A DNA stretch of 32,000 nucleotides from Prochlorococcus marinus str. MIT 0918 (GCF_027359415.1 NZ_CP114780.1:1230764-1262763), one strand, 5' to 3'; positions 8,163-18,394 are shown, numbered from the stretch's first letter. Made by a program: numbers and translations. Notes: generated by a model from the sequence alone, not told the origin.

Positions 8163-9532
8163 ATAACTTTAGCCAATTTATGAGTGTTATTAATGTCAAA
8201 TTGATTTGTCATCAAAGATAAATATCTTTCTACATGAGAATGCCAACTGAAATATTTTTGTGTTCGTTCAATACCATTGTTTCTCCACAAATTCCAATTT
8301 TTATTATTTACAGAAGCTTTTTCTAGAACTTGCTTAAGAGAATCTAAGTCTGTAACATCTGCTAATAATCCATTTTGACATTTAGATAAAATATCACTGG
8401 GGCCACCATCATCTGTAGAAACAATAGGCAGCCCAGAAGCAGCTGCTTCCAACAATGTTAATCCAAAAGGTTCTGTCAATGCAGGATTCACAAATAAACC
8501 CTTTAACTGAGCTGCCCATCTATAAATATAGGCAATTTGATCGCGTCGATGAAATTTAGGATAAGCTACTTTCCCATATAGATTATATCGATCAATTAAT
8601 TCAAAAATCTGTTGAAAAACTTCCTTTTGTTGCTTATCTAATTGAGATAAGTCACTCCTAGTTCCAAGAACTAAGACAAGGTTATATCGCTCTTTTAATA
8701 ATGAAGAACGGCCAAAAGCCTCTATTAACGCAGGAATATTTTTTCTTCTAACTGCTCTGGAAATTGTTAACAAAGGAGGTAGCTCAGGGTTAACTAAAAA
8801 AGAAGAAAATAATGCTGAGGTCTCAGAAAACTGTGAAGAAGATAACTCTTGATTATTAAAACGTTTTAAATCAACACCTGGAGGAATTGTTTGTGCTTGT
8901 TTTTCTACAAAATTTCTATATCGAGCATATTGTGATTTGGTTTCTTGCAAAGTACTTGTTACAACCAAATTAGCTTGAGATAAAGCCAATTCCTCAGCTT
9001 CAATACGTCGACCAATTGAATAGATGTTTTCGATCTGTTGATGATCCATCCCCGATTGAAGCAAGCGCCTCTTCTTCTCTCTTCCTAATGAATGACCTGT
9101 AAAGACAAATGGAATACCTAAACGATTACAAACTAATGAGGCTACGTATCCTGCATCAGCATAATGAGCATGAATCCAATCAGGCAATCTTTCATGGTCT
9201 TGCAAGGTGTGTATTAATCGGTCTGCTAAATCATCTAAATAAGGCCATAATAATTCCTTACGAAGATATCTTTTGGGTCCAAAAGGTAATCTAAGAATCT
9301 GGGATTTAGAAGTAATCCTTTCCCTAGCTTGAGAATAATCGGATGAAACCTTTCTATCTTGAATTAAACGAGTAACAAGATCTACTTGATCTACTCCAGG
9401 ACAAGCAGCTAATTCCTTAACTAATTCACTAACATATAATGTTTGACCACCAGTATCTGAATCCCTTCCCAATTCAAGGTTATTAGAGCGAATTAAGCCA
9501 TGTAAATGAAGATGCAGGAGCTTTAAACCCAT
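8135..9532 (-). CDS. sps: Sucrose-phosphate synthase, glycosyltransferase (GT4) domain only
   Basis: N-terminal HLHGLIRSNNLELGRDSDTGGQTLYV is SPS-like, and the GT-B C-terminal motif EPFGLTLLEAAASGLP is present. I prefer the ATG at 9532 (MGLKLLHLH...), which has GGAG 9 nt upstream, over the TTG at 9547 used by the ORF track. Confidence 0.88.
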   Translation of the reverse strand: MGLKLLHLHLHGLIRSNNLELGRDSDTGGQTLYVSELVKELAACPGVDQVDLVTRLIQDRKVSSDYSQARERITSKSQILRLPFGPKRYLRKELLWPYLDDLADRLIHTLQDHERLPDWIHAHYADAGYVASLVCNRLGIPFVFTGHSLGREKKRRLLQSGMDHQQIENIYSIGRRIEAEELALSQANLVVTSTLQETKSQYARYRNFVEKQAQTIPPGVDLKRFNNQELSSSQFSETSALFSSFLVNPELPPLLTISRAVRRKNIPALIEAFGRSSLLKERYNLVLVLGTRSDLSQLDKQQKEVFQQIFELIDRYNLYGKVAYPKFHRRDQIAYIYRWAAQLKGLFVNPALTEPFGLTLLEAAASGLPIVSTDDGGPSDILSKCQNGLLADVTDLDSLKQVLEKASVNNKNWNLWRNNGIERTQKYFSWHSHVERYLSLMTNQFDINNTHKLAKVIHLSGIKAS

Positions 9533-9717
9533 AATTTTTTGCTCCAAAGTTCATAACTACATAATTTATTTTCAGTCAATCAAACCTAAAGAAAGAATAA
9601 CAATTTTGAATTTAAAAAAACTTTATTCCTTGAAAGCATTGCGAGGGAAGTCATCTGATCAAATTTAAAAGAATTCCAAAACGTAATTTATATAGAAATG
9701 CAAAGCAAATACTACAT

Positions 9718-12645
9718 TTATCTGTATTTATTTAAAGCTTGTTTTAAATATTGTCCTGTATAGCTTGTTGCACAATTTGCTACATCCTCAGGTGTTCCCT
9801 GAACAACCAATTGTCCTCCTAAATTTCCACCCTCAGGTCCTAAATCAATAATCCAATCTGAACAACGAATTACATCTAAATTATGCTCAATAACAATCAT
9901 TGAATTGCCTTTATCAACCAATCTTTGAAGAACATCCATAAGCTTATGAACATCAGAAAAACTTAACCCAGTAGTAGGTTCATCAATTAAATAAAGAGTT
10001 TTTCCTGTAGCACGACGTGAAAGCTCCGTAGCAAGCTTCACTCGTTGAGCCTCTCCTCCAGAAAGAGTAGGAGCTGGTTGCCCTAATTTAATATAACCAA
10101 GACCAACATCAACCAATGTTCTTAACCGATCTGCAGCCTGAGGAATCGCGGAAAATACATCTACAGATTGCTCAACAGTCATCTCTAGAACATCGGCAAT
10201 AGTATATCCTTTATATTTCACTTGCAGAGTTTCACGGTTAAAGCGAGCTCCTTTACAAACATCACATTGGACATATACATCAGGTAGAAAGTTCATTTCA
10301 ATAACATTTACACCCTGACCTTTACAAGCCTCACAACGTCCTCCTTTAACATTAAAACTAAACTGACCTACTTGATATCCGCGTGCCTTTGCTTCTACAG
10401 AAGCAGCAAAAATTTGACGAATAGGATCAAAGGCTCCAGTATAAGTTGCTGGATTTGAACGAGGTGTTCTACCAATAGGAGATTGATCAATAATGATAAC
10501 CTTATCAATTGATTTCACACCTCTTAATTCTTCTAATCCTTTAGGAAAAGGTACTTTTAAACCTAATTGATTATTAATCGCAGGATGTAATAATTCATTT
10601 ATCAATGTACTTTTCCCACTTCCACTAACACCTGTAACAGCAACTAGACGACCTAAAGGAAAATCAACAGAAACATTTTTCAAATTATTCCGATCACAAC
10701 CTATCAAACGCAGATTGCGATTGACACCCTTACGTCTTTCCAATGGTGTAGGAATAGATGTCCTGCCACTTAAATATTCACCTGTTAAAGAGTCTTTACT
10801 TTTTAATAGATTATCTAATGTTCCTTTAGCAATAATTTTACCACCATGTATACCAGCACCTGGGCCAATATCTACTAAATAATCAGCAGCACGTATAGTA
10901 TCTTCATCATGTTCAACAACTATTAATGTATTACCAAGATCACGTAGTCTTTGAAGGGTAGTCAATAATCTATCATTATCTCTTTGATGTAATCCAATGC
11001 TGGGTTCATCTAACACATACAAAACCCCTGTAAGCCCTGCACCAATCTGAGTTGCCAACCTTATTCGCTGAGCTTCCCCACCAGACAAAGTCATTGCCGG
11101 TCTATCCAAGCTTAAATAATCTAGACCTACATCAAGTAAAAACTTCAATCTTAAACGAATTTCCTTTAAAACCAAATCACCTATTTGTATTTGTCTAGAA
11201 GAAAGCAAAGGCTCAGATTTACTCGACTTGCCTTGTCCCATCAACTTCTCAATACGATCTAGTGTTTCAGAAACACTAGTCTCAGTTAATTCGTTAATAG
11301 AATAAGGGCCGATTTTAACGGCTAAAGCTTCCGGACGTAATCTTTTACCAGAGCAAGTAGAACAGGGAACGGATTCTAAAAATTTCTCTAATTTCTGTCG
11401 AACTGATTCTCCATTAGCATCTTGTAATTGTCTTTCTAAAATAGGCAATATACCTTGAAATGATCTTTTATATCCTTCTTGTTTATTATAACGACTATCA
11501 GATTTGATCAAAATTGGCTCTTCACTACCATTCAACAAAATGTCTTTTTGGTTTTGTGTTAAATCTTTCCAAGGCGTCTTAATTTCAAATCCATAAGTTT
11601 CACCAACTGAAAATAATAATGAAAAATAATATGAATTTTCTTTCTCACTCCAAGGGGCAACTGCTGCATAAACTGGTAAAGAAGGGTCGGGAATAACTCG
11701 ATCACTAGTAAATTTTTTGAGATGGCCTAAACCATGACAATCAGGACATGCACCATAAGGGCTATTAAAAGAAAATAATCTAGGAGATAATTCTTCTATA
11801 ACTGCACCATGAACAGGGCAAGCAAAGTTTTCAGAAAAAAGCCTTTCTCTCTCTATATTGTCAGGCAACTTCTCATCTTTCTTTGGGACAACTTCAACAA
11901 TTGCAAGTCCATCTCCCCGTTTTAAAGCTGTTTGTAAGGAATCAGTTAAACGTTCCTGAATTCCCTCTCGTGCAATCAAACGATCGACTACAACTTCAAT
12001 GGAATGAGAATGATTTTTATCGAGCTCGATATTGTCAGATAATTCTCGCACTTCCTTATTGATTCTTACTCTGGCAAATCCCTCCGAAGCCAAACCAGAA
12101 AGCAATTTCGAATGGGTTCCTTTTTTACCTCGAACAACAGAAGCTAATAATTGATACCTTGTACCTTCAGGTAAAGTAAGAATTTGATCGACCATCTCAT
12201 CTATTGTCTGAGGCCGAATGTCTCGATTACATTCTGGGCAATGAGGTTCACCTGCACGACCAAATAAAAGTCTTAAATAATCTTTGATTTCCGTAACTGT
12301 CCCTACTGTTGATCGTGGATTATGACTTGTTGATTTTTGATCAATAGAAATCGCAGGTGAAAGACCTTCGATAGCATCTACATCCGGCTTATCTACTTGT
12401 CCTAGAAATTGTCTAGCATATGCTGAAAGACTTTCTACATATCTCCTTTGTCCTTCAGCAAAAATAGTATCAAAAGCTAATGAACTCTTACCACTTCCAC
12501 TAACCCCAGTAAAAACAATAAATTTATTACGAGGAATAGTAAGATCAACATTTTTTAAATTATGTTGTCTAGCACCTCGAATCCTTATAACTTCTTCCAA
12601 AGAATCGGATAATAAAGATTTGTGAGTAGCGTCTTGTTTCCCCAC
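9718..12645 (-). CDS. uvrA: Excinuclease ABC subunit A
   Basis: 975 aa with two ABC modules (Walker A GVSGSGKSS and GVSGSGKST; signature LSGGEAQR twice) and Cys-rich zinc modules (CPECNR, CSTCSGKR, CEACKGQG...CDVCKG). GTG start at 12645 has GAGG 7 nt upstream. Confidence 0.97.
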   Translation of the reverse strand: MGKQDATHKSLLSDSLEEVIRIRGARQHNLKNVDLTIPRNKFIVFTGVSGSGKSSLAFDTIFAEGQRRYVESLSAYARQFLGQVDKPDVDAIEGLSPAISIDQKSTSHNPRSTVGTVTEIKDYLRLLFGRAGEPHCPECNRDIRPQTIDEMVDQILTLPEGTRYQLLASVVRGKKGTHSKLLSGLASEGFARVRINKEVRELSDNIELDKNHSHSIEVVVDRLIAREGIQERLTDSLQTALKRGDGLAIVEVVPKKDEKLPDNIERERLFSENFACPVHGAVIEELSPRLFSFNSPYGACPDCHGLGHLKKFTSDRVIPDPSLPVYAAVAPWSEKENSYYFSLLFSVGETYGFEIKTPWKDLTQNQKDILLNGSEEPILIKSDSRYNKQEGYKRSFQGILPILERQLQDANGESVRQKLEKFLESVPCSTCSGKRLRPEALAVKIGPYSINELTETSVSETLDRIEKLMGQGKSSKSEPLLSSRQIQIGDLVLKEIRLRLKFLLDVGLDYLSLDRPAMTLSGGEAQRIRLATQIGAGLTGVLYVLDEPSIGLHQRDNDRLLTTLQRLRDLGNTLIVVEHDEDTIRAADYLVDIGPGAGIHGGKIIAKGTLDNLLKSKDSLTGEYLSGRTSIPTPLERRKGVNRNLRLIGCDRNNLKNVSVDFPLGRLVAVTGVSGSGKSTLINELLHPAINNQLGLKVPFPKGLEELRGVKSIDKVIIIDQSPIGRTPRSNPATYTGAFDPIRQIFAASVEAKARGYQVGQFSFNVKGGRCEACKGQGVNVIEMNFLPDVYVQCDVCKGARFNRETLQVKYKGYTIADVLEMTVEQSVDVFSAIPQAADRLRTLVDVGLGYIKLGQPAPTLSGGEAQRVKLATELSRRATGKTLYLIDEPTTGLSFSDVHKLMDVLQRLVDKGNSMIVIEHNLDVIRCSDWIIDLGPEGGNLGGQLVVQGTPEDVANCATSYTGQYLKQALNKYR

Positions 12646-12702
12646 TGAGGGTCCTCTTTCTACAGAAAGTTAATCATATAATCTTAGAAAAATTGTTGCT
12701 CA

Positions 12703-14415
12703 TTATGCTGCTTTGTTATCCAACAAACTTGCAGCAAAAATACTTGCCTGCTCAAAATCACCTCCAGCTAGTTTAGCTATTTCGGATTTACGTTCCTGAA
12801 ATCCCTGCAACAATAAGACTTTTGAATTAGTCATGCCATTTTCAACTGTCTTAGATACAGAAAAATGATGATCGGCTAAAGCTGCTACAAGAGGCTGATG
12901 TGTAATACAAAAAACTTGTTTGTATCGAGATAAATTTTTTAATGCTTTAGCAATAGCAGTACTTACACGACCACTCACTCCTGAATCAATTTCATCAAAA
13001 ATTAACGTCTTTGATCCACTAACTTCAGCTAAAACACTTGTTAAAGCAAGCAAAAAGCGAGAAAGTTCTCCTCCAGAGGCAATATCTGATAAAGAAGCTA
13101 GAGGCTGACCCTCATTTGCTGAAAACAAAAACTCTACTGAATCTGCACCTAGTGATGAAGGGATAGAAGATGCAAAAGAAACTTTAAATTGAATATTTTC
13201 CAACCCTAATGGTTGTAGGTATAAAATAAGATTATCTTCTAATTTTTTTGCACATTTCATACGCAATTTAGTAAGAGAGCTATTAATCTCATCTCTTTCT
13301 AATCTAAAAGCAATTTCTTGTTGTTCTAAGTCTTTTAAAGAGCATTTAAGTGTATTCCCAGAACTTAATTCCTTTAGGTAAGAATCACGTCGATTAATAA
13401 TCCCTGGCAAATCAAGATCATAACGTTTTTTGAGCCTATTTAATAATGATAATCTATTTTGAACATCGTCTAACTTATTAGGGTCTGATTCTAAAACCAT
13501 TTGATATGATTCTAATGTTTTTAAAAACTGATCTAATCCATTAGATAATTCAAATAAATTATCCAAGTGCGATGTTAAAGAAGAATCTAATTTACTTATT
13601 ATTTTTAATTCATTTATACAATAATAAAAATGATCTAATGCGGACGGAAAATTATCAGAATTCTCTTTTAGTCTATTAAATAATGAGAGCAAAGACTCAT
13701 AAATCCTAACACCATGAACTAAACGATCTTGTTCTTTTGTTAATATTAAATCCTCTTGTGGATCATCCAAGTTAGCTGAATTAATATCATCCAAAAATGA
13801 TTGAATGGCTATAAACTCATCCTCACTATTATCAAATTCTTTCTGTGCAATTTGTAAAGCAATATGAGATGAATACCACTTATCCCACTTTTGTTTGACT
13901 TTAGTTAATAACTTATCAATTTCATCAGTGCCAAAATTATCTATGAGACTTAGTTGATGGCCAGAAGAATATAAATGGTGTGATTGGCCTTGTTCTACCA
14001 AATCAACTAACAAAGGTCTAAGAGCAAGTAATTGCTTTCTATTGGCAATTTGACCATTAAACCTAATTCGACTCATCAAACGATCATCTTTAAACTTCCA
14101 CTCACGAGAAATTACGAGTTCATCATGATCATCAAAATCAAAAGAATTTTCATTCAGCCAATTTTTTACTTCGGAATCAAGAGTAAAAACTCCTTCGATT
14201 GATGCTTCCTGAGCACCTACACGTATCAATCGAGAAGAAGAGCTGCTAAAGCCTCTACCTAATAAAGAATCAATCGCTGACAGAAAAATGGACTTACCCG
14301 CTCCAGTTTCTCCTGTAAACACTGAAAACCCTTTTTTTAAAGATAGTTCTAAGCTATCTATAAGAGCGATGTTATAGAGTCGCAGACTAAGCAGCACATT
14401 ATTTAAAGTAGCCAA
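12703..14415 (-). CDS. recN: DNA repair protein RecN
   Basis: SMC-like architecture: Walker A GETGAGKSI near the N-terminus, a long coiled-coil middle, signature ASGGELSR and Walker B LIFDEIDSG near the C-terminus. 14415 is a TTG. A GTG at 14397 (giving M-LLSLRLYNIALID...) is an equally plausible start. Confidence 0.93.
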   Translation of the reverse strand: MATLNNVLLSLRLYNIALIDSLELSLKKGFSVFTGETGAGKSIFLSAIDSLLGRGFSSSSSRLIRVGAQEASIEGVFTLDSEVKNWLNENSFDFDDHDELVISREWKFKDDRLMSRIRFNGQIANRKQLLALRPLLVDLVEQGQSHHLYSSGHQLSLIDNFGTDEIDKLLTKVKQKWDKWYSSHIALQIAQKEFDNSEDEFIAIQSFLDDINSANLDDPQEDLILTKEQDRLVHGVRIYESLLSLFNRLKENSDNFPSALDHFYYCINELKIISKLDSSLTSHLDNLFELSNGLDQFLKTLESYQMVLESDPNKLDDVQNRLSLLNRLKKRYDLDLPGIINRRDSYLKELSSGNTLKCSLKDLEQQEIAFRLERDEINSSLTKLRMKCAKKLEDNLILYLQPLGLENIQFKVSFASSIPSSLGADSVEFLFSANEGQPLASLSDIASGGELSRFLLALTSVLAEVSGSKTLIFDEIDSGVSGRVSTAIAKALKNLSRYKQVFCITHQPLVAALADHHFSVSKTVENGMTNSKVLLLQGFQERKSEIAKLAGGDFEQASIFAASLLDNKAA

Positions 14416-14464
14416 ACAAACGCTAGCTAATTCCTCTATTAATTAGAAGGGGGCAAATAACACC

Positions 14465-16333
14465 ATGCCACAAATGACAAAAGAACTTGGTGATTTTATT
14501 GAAGCAGCTGGGTTGAAATCATATGATCCATTGGCAATCAGTAATATTTACAAAAAGCATCCAAAAAGATTACTCAAAAGGCTTTGGGAAACATTACTTC
14601 CTATATCTCTTTTTTTAATAGGAGTAGGGTTTGAAAAAATATTAGGAATATTAAAAAATGAAAAAAGGGCAAAAGAACGTGCAAATGAATTTACTCGACT
14701 ATTAGTAGATCTAGGCCCTGCTTTTATTAAAGCTGGACAAGCATTATCAACCAGACCAGATGTAGTTCCACAATTAGTTCTTGAAGAACTTGCTCTATTA
14801 CAAGATCAATTGCCTGGGTTTGAACCAGAATTAGCATTAGAATGTATAAAAGAAGATTTAGGTACAAATTATAAAAATATTTTCAAATGGTTTCAAAAAG
14901 AGCCAATATCTGCAGCTTCTTTAGGTCAAGTTCATCAAGCAATGCTAATGAATGGAGATAAAGTTGCTGTAAAAATTCAAAGGCCTGGATTAAGAGAACA
15001 AATTACTTTAGATTTATATATTGTTAGAAATATTGCTCTATGGCTAAATAAATATGTAGGCCTCATAAGAAGTGATTTAGTTGCATTAATTGATGAGCTA
15101 GGAAAACGAGTTTTTGAAGAAATGGATTATTTAAATGAGGCTAATAATGGAGAAAAGTTTGCAGAGTTAAATAAAAAAAATAAAAAAATTGCTGCTCCTA
15201 AGTTCTATAGAGAGTTCACAAGTAAAAGAGTGTTAACAATGGAATGGATAGAAGGTGTCAAACTAACAAATATAAATGGTGTTAAGAGACTAGGAATTGA
15301 ACCTAATAATTTAATAGAAATAGGGGTGAATTGCAGTTTACAACAATTATTGGAGCATGGTTTTTTTCATGCTGATCCACATCCTGGTAACATATTAGCC
15401 CTAAAAGATGGAAGATTATGTTATTTAGATTTTGGAATGATGAGTGAAGTCACAACGAGATCTAGAACAGGTTTAATTGAAGCTGTAGTTCATTTAGTTA
15501 ATCGTGATTTTGAAAAACTATCAAAAGATTTTGTAAAGTTAGGTTTCTTATCTGAAGAAGTTGATTTAAATCCAATTATTCCTGCATTTGAAAAAGTATT
15601 TTCAAGTGCTATAGATATGGGGGTAAGCAAAATGGATTTCAAAACAGTTACTGATGACATGTCTGGTTTAATGTATAAATTTCCATTCCAACTCCCTCCT
15701 TACTATGCTCTAATTATTAGATCTCTTATAACTCTTGAAGGCATTGCACTTAGTGTTGATCCAAATTTTAAAATTCTTGGTGCCGCATATCCATATTTTG
15801 CAAGAAGGTTGATGGAAGATCCAGATCCCCAATTAAGACAAAGCTTAAAAGAAATGCTATTCGAAGGTAATACTTTCAAATGGACTAGACTTGAAGGACT
15901 AATATTAAGTGCTGCAAAACAAAAAGAAATTGATTTAAATAACTTAATGGATCAAGTATTAGATTTTCTATTTTCTCCTAAAGGTGGTTTATTAAGGGAA
16001 GAGCTAGTAAACACAATTGCTGAAAGATTTGACATCTTTAATCTTTATACAATGAAAACAATCAATAAAAGACTTCCCAAAAGATTTCAATCAACTAGTA
16101 TAAAAGATAGTTTAATTAATGATAAAAGCTTTATGGACGAAATTGAACCAATACAGAAGCTTCTTAAAATTTTGCAAGAGATGCCAGAATTTAACAGAGA
16201 TTTGATAATCAATAAAACCAAAAGAATATTAAAGGAGCCTATGGCAATGGAAATGGGGTTAAATATAGCCAACAGAGTAACTAAGAAAAGCGTTGTACGC
16301 GCGATTAAATTAGCAGCTGGTGTAGAACAATAA
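14465..16333 (+). CDS. ABC1/UbiB (AarF) family atypical protein kinase
   Basis: 622 aa with FIKAGQALSTRPD, AASLGQVHQA, VAVKIQRPG, HADPHPGNIL and LDFGMM, which are characteristic of the ABC1 kinase family. Confidence 0.9.
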   Translation: MPQMTKELGDFIEAAGLKSYDPLAISNIYKKHPKRLLKRLWETLLPISLFLIGVGFEKILGILKNEKRAKERANEFTRLLVDLGPAFIKAGQALSTRPDVVPQLVLEELALLQDQLPGFEPELALECIKEDLGTNYKNIFKWFQKEPISAASLGQVHQAMLMNGDKVAVKIQRPGLREQITLDLYIVRNIALWLNKYVGLIRSDLVALIDELGKRVFEEMDYLNEANNGEKFAELNKKNKKIAAPKFYREFTSKRVLTMEWIEGVKLTNINGVKRLGIEPNNLIEIGVNCSLQQLLEHGFFHADPHPGNILALKDGRLCYLDFGMMSEVTTRSRTGLIEAVVHLVNRDFEKLSKDFVKLGFLSEEVDLNPIIPAFEKVFSSAIDMGVSKMDFKTVTDDMSGLMYKFPFQLPPYYALIIRSLITLEGIALSVDPNFKILGAAYPYFARRLMEDPDPQLRQSLKEMLFEGNTFKWTRLEGLILSAAKQKEIDLNNLMDQVLDFLFSPKGGLLREELVNTIAERFDIFNLYTMKTINKRLPKRFQSTSIKDSLINDKSFMDEIEPIQKLLKILQEMPEFNRDLIINKTKRILKEPMAMEMGLNIANRVTKKSVVRAIKLAAGVEQ

Positions 16334-16915
16334 ATGAAAAAAAATAAACTAAAAAAATTATTGTTTAGCTTTCTATGCATCACAATATTTAGTTTTTATC
16401 CATCAAGTGCCTTTGCTGCTGAAGAAATAACACTAATAAAAAGTATTTTCTCTAGAACTATATATATTAAAGATTTGGAAGATTTTATAACTAAAGGAAA
16501 AGCAAAAGGATTCCTGGCAAAAGCAGTTAAAAATCAAAATCAAGAAGAAATAAAAAATATTTTAAAGAAAAGATATAAGGCTCCTATAGAACTTACAAGT
16601 AGATTACTTTATAGTGAAATTGGCGAAGTAATTTTAAAAAGAATATCAAAAATATTATATCCTCATCGAATTCAAGAAGAATCTATTAGCATTCTTGCTC
16701 TAAAAGCAAGTGCAATAAAAGCAATAGACTTAGAAGATGAATCAATATCTTTAATTGATTTTTTAAAAGCTTATCCTAGTAAGGTTATTGCAATAGATGT
16801 AACAGAGTTATCTAAAGTCATTAACAAAGTAGAATCACTGAATGAACTAGTTAGATTTTTTTCTGATTCACCTTTAGAAAAACTGAAAGCTGAACCAACC
16901 AAAAATTACTATTAA
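16334..16915 (+). CDS. Secreted or periplasmic conserved hypothetical protein (DUF1400-like)
   Basis: The ATG directly abuts the stop of the upstream kinase gene (TAA-ATG). The N-terminal signal peptide is [31 protein letters not shown]. The mature region resembles the cyanobacterial DUF1400 pattern as I recall it (unverified). Confidence 0.65.
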   Translation: MKKNKLKKLLFSFLCITIFSFYPSSAFAAEEITLIKSIFSRTIYIKDLEDFITKGKAKGFLAKAVKNQNQEEIKNILKKRYKAPIELTSRLLYSEIGEVILKRISKILYPHRIQEESISILALKASAIKAIDLEDESISLIDFLKAYPSKVIAIDVTELSKVINKVESLNELVRFFSDSPLEKLKAEPTKNYY

Positions 16916-16917
16916 CT

Positions 16918-18033
16918 ATGGTTAATCAACTCTTACAAAAATTAAGTAAAAAAATAAATAATAAAAATAAGACTTTTAAACAATGGCCTGGGCTTATACA
17001 AGCTTATGAAAAATGGCTGCCAATTAATAAAAATACTCCTATTATTACACTCCAAGAAGGCGCAACACCTCTAATTGAATTAGAATCTATTAATAAATTA
17101 ATTGGTAAAAATGTAAAAGTTTACGCTAAATATGATGGTCTAAATCCTACAGGATCTTTTAAAGATAGAGGAATGACTATGGCAATAAGTAAAGCAAAAG
17201 AAAATAATTGTGAAGCAGTCATTTGTGCAAGTACAGGAAACACATCAGCATCAGCAGCTGCTTATGCTAAGAGAGGTAATATGAGATGTTATGTTTTAAT
17301 TCCTGATGGTTATGTAGCTCAAGGTAAATTAGCTCAAGCATTAGTATATGGTGCAGAAATATTAGCTATTAAAGGAAATTTTGATAAGGCATTAAAAATT
17401 GTTCAAGAAATAGCTAAAAACTATCCTGTTACATTAGTAAACTCTGTTAATCCATATCGTTTACAAGGTCAAAAAACAGCGGCTTTTGAAATAATAGATT
17501 CATTAAATGAAGCTCCTGACTGGCTGTGTATACCAATGGGAAATGCTGGAAATATAAGTGCTTATTGGATGGGTTTTAATGAATATTATAAAGCTGGAAT
17601 ATCGAAAAAATTACCTAAGATGATGGGTTTTCAAGCAAAAGGTTCTGCTCCATTAGTTTTAAATAAAACAATAGAAAATCCTGAAACAATTGCAACAGCA
17701 ATAAGAATAGGAAACCCAGTTAATAGAGAAAAGGCAATAGAGGTAAATAAAAATAGTAATGGAAAGTTTATATCAGTCACTGATGAGGAAATAATAAATG
17801 CTTATAAATTATTAGGAAGTAAAGAAGGCATCTTTTGTGAACCTGCAAGTGCTGCTTCTGTAGCAGGTTTAATCAAATTAAAAGAATATGTTGTTGAAAA
17901 TTCTAAGATTGTATGTGTGTTAACTGGTAATGGATTAAAAGATCCTGATTGCGCTATCAAAAACAATGATTCTATTTTTAAATCTGGTATTGATCCGAGT
18001 ATAGAAATAGTTGCAAAGAATATGGGCTTCTAA
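16918..18033 (+). CDS. thrC: Threonine synthase
   Basis: 371 aa with the PLP-lysine motif [20 protein letters not shown] and C-terminal LTGNGLKDP. The start is 2 nt after the previous stop. Confidence 0.95.
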   Translation: MVNQLLQKLSKKINNKNKTFKQWPGLIQAYEKWLPINKNTPIITLQEGATPLIELESINKLIGKNVKVYAKYDGLNPTGSFKDRGMTMAISKAKENNCEAVICASTGNTSASAAAYAKRGNMRCYVLIPDGYVAQGKLAQALVYGAEILAIKGNFDKALKIVQEIAKNYPVTLVNSVNPYRLQGQKTAAFEIIDSLNEAPDWLCIPMGNAGNISAYWMGFNEYYKAGISKKLPKMMGFQAKGSAPLVLNKTIENPETIATAIRIGNPVNREKAIEVNKNSNGKFISVTDEEIINAYKLLGSKEGIFCEPASAASVAGLIKLKEYVVENSKIVCVLTGNGLKDPDCAIKNNDSIFKSGIDPSIEIVAKNMGF

Positions 18034-18096
18034 ACATATACACAAAGACGATTATTTTTCTGGCTGAGGAAGACTGAGTTTTTCTAACTTATAAAC

Positions 18097-18105
18097 TGTG
18101 GAAAA
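18097..18105 (-). promoter_or_regulatory. DnaA box, perfect (TGTGGAAAA, the complement of TTTTCCACA)
   Basis: Exact 9/9 match to the cyanobacterial DnaA-box consensus on the minus strand. Confidence 0.75.
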
Positions 18106-18157
18106 CAATAATAATATCGATGTTTAGTTTTTAATTTTCAACAAATAACTAAAAATC

Positions 18158-18166
18158 TGTGGAAAC
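18158..18166 (-). promoter_or_regulatory. DnaA box, 8/9 (TGTGGAAAC)
   Basis: One mismatch to the complement of TTTTCCACA. It shares the flanking context CTGTGGAAA with the box at 18097. Confidence 0.6.
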
Positions 18167-18174
18167 ATAAAAAT

Positions 18175-18183
18175 AAATCCACA
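18175..18183 (+). promoter_or_regulatory. DnaA-box-like (AAATCCACA)
   Basis: The TCCACA core is conserved. There are three 5' mismatches to TTTTCCACA and two to the E. coli-type TTATCCACA. Confidence 0.4.
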
Positions 18184-18249
18184 TAATGAAAAATTATTTT
18201 CACAAGTTACCTTAATGAAAAATCCTTTAATCATATGAGAAAAAGGCGT

Positions 18250-18258
18250 TTTTCCACA
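18250..18258 (+). promoter_or_regulatory. DnaA box, perfect (TTTTCCACA)
   Basis: Exact 9/9 match on the plus strand. Confidence 0.75.
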
Positions 18259-18267
18259 ACTTCCACA
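18259..18267 (+). promoter_or_regulatory. DnaA box, 7/9 (ACTTCCACA), directly abutting the perfect box
   Basis: A head-to-tail tandem with the box at 18250-18258, with no spacer. Confidence 0.5.
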
Positions 18268-18394
18268 GGACCTACTACTACTGTATTTGTTTTTCTTTAA
18301 ATAAACTTGAATAAGAAAGTAGAAACAGAGGTCGATTTTTAAAACTATGAAAACTTGGGATTACATTTTCAGGATTCCTAGTTAGGTTGTAAAA

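Larger units (their letters stand above)
18034..18394. other. Candidate chromosomal replication origin (oriC): DnaA-box cluster plus AT-rich tracts in the thrC-dnaN spacer
   Basis: This is the longest non-coding stretch in the window and sits immediately upstream of dnaN. It contains two perfect and at least three near-consensus TTTTCCACA-type boxes (listed separately), and very AT-rich tracts at 18106-18157 and 18284-18394. Confidence 0.8.

Noticed and set aside
9614-9650. Weak stem (TTCC...GGAA) followed by a T7 run on the minus strand downstream of uvrA, checked as a possible intrinsic terminator
   Set aside because: The stem is only about 4 bp with a large loop, which is not convincing.
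16087-16383. 98-aa minus-strand ORF spanning the junction of the ABC1 kinase and the DUF1400-like gene
   Set aside because: It lies antisense to two tightly abutting plus-strand genes. Its hydrophobic low-complexity product comes from AT-rich codons.
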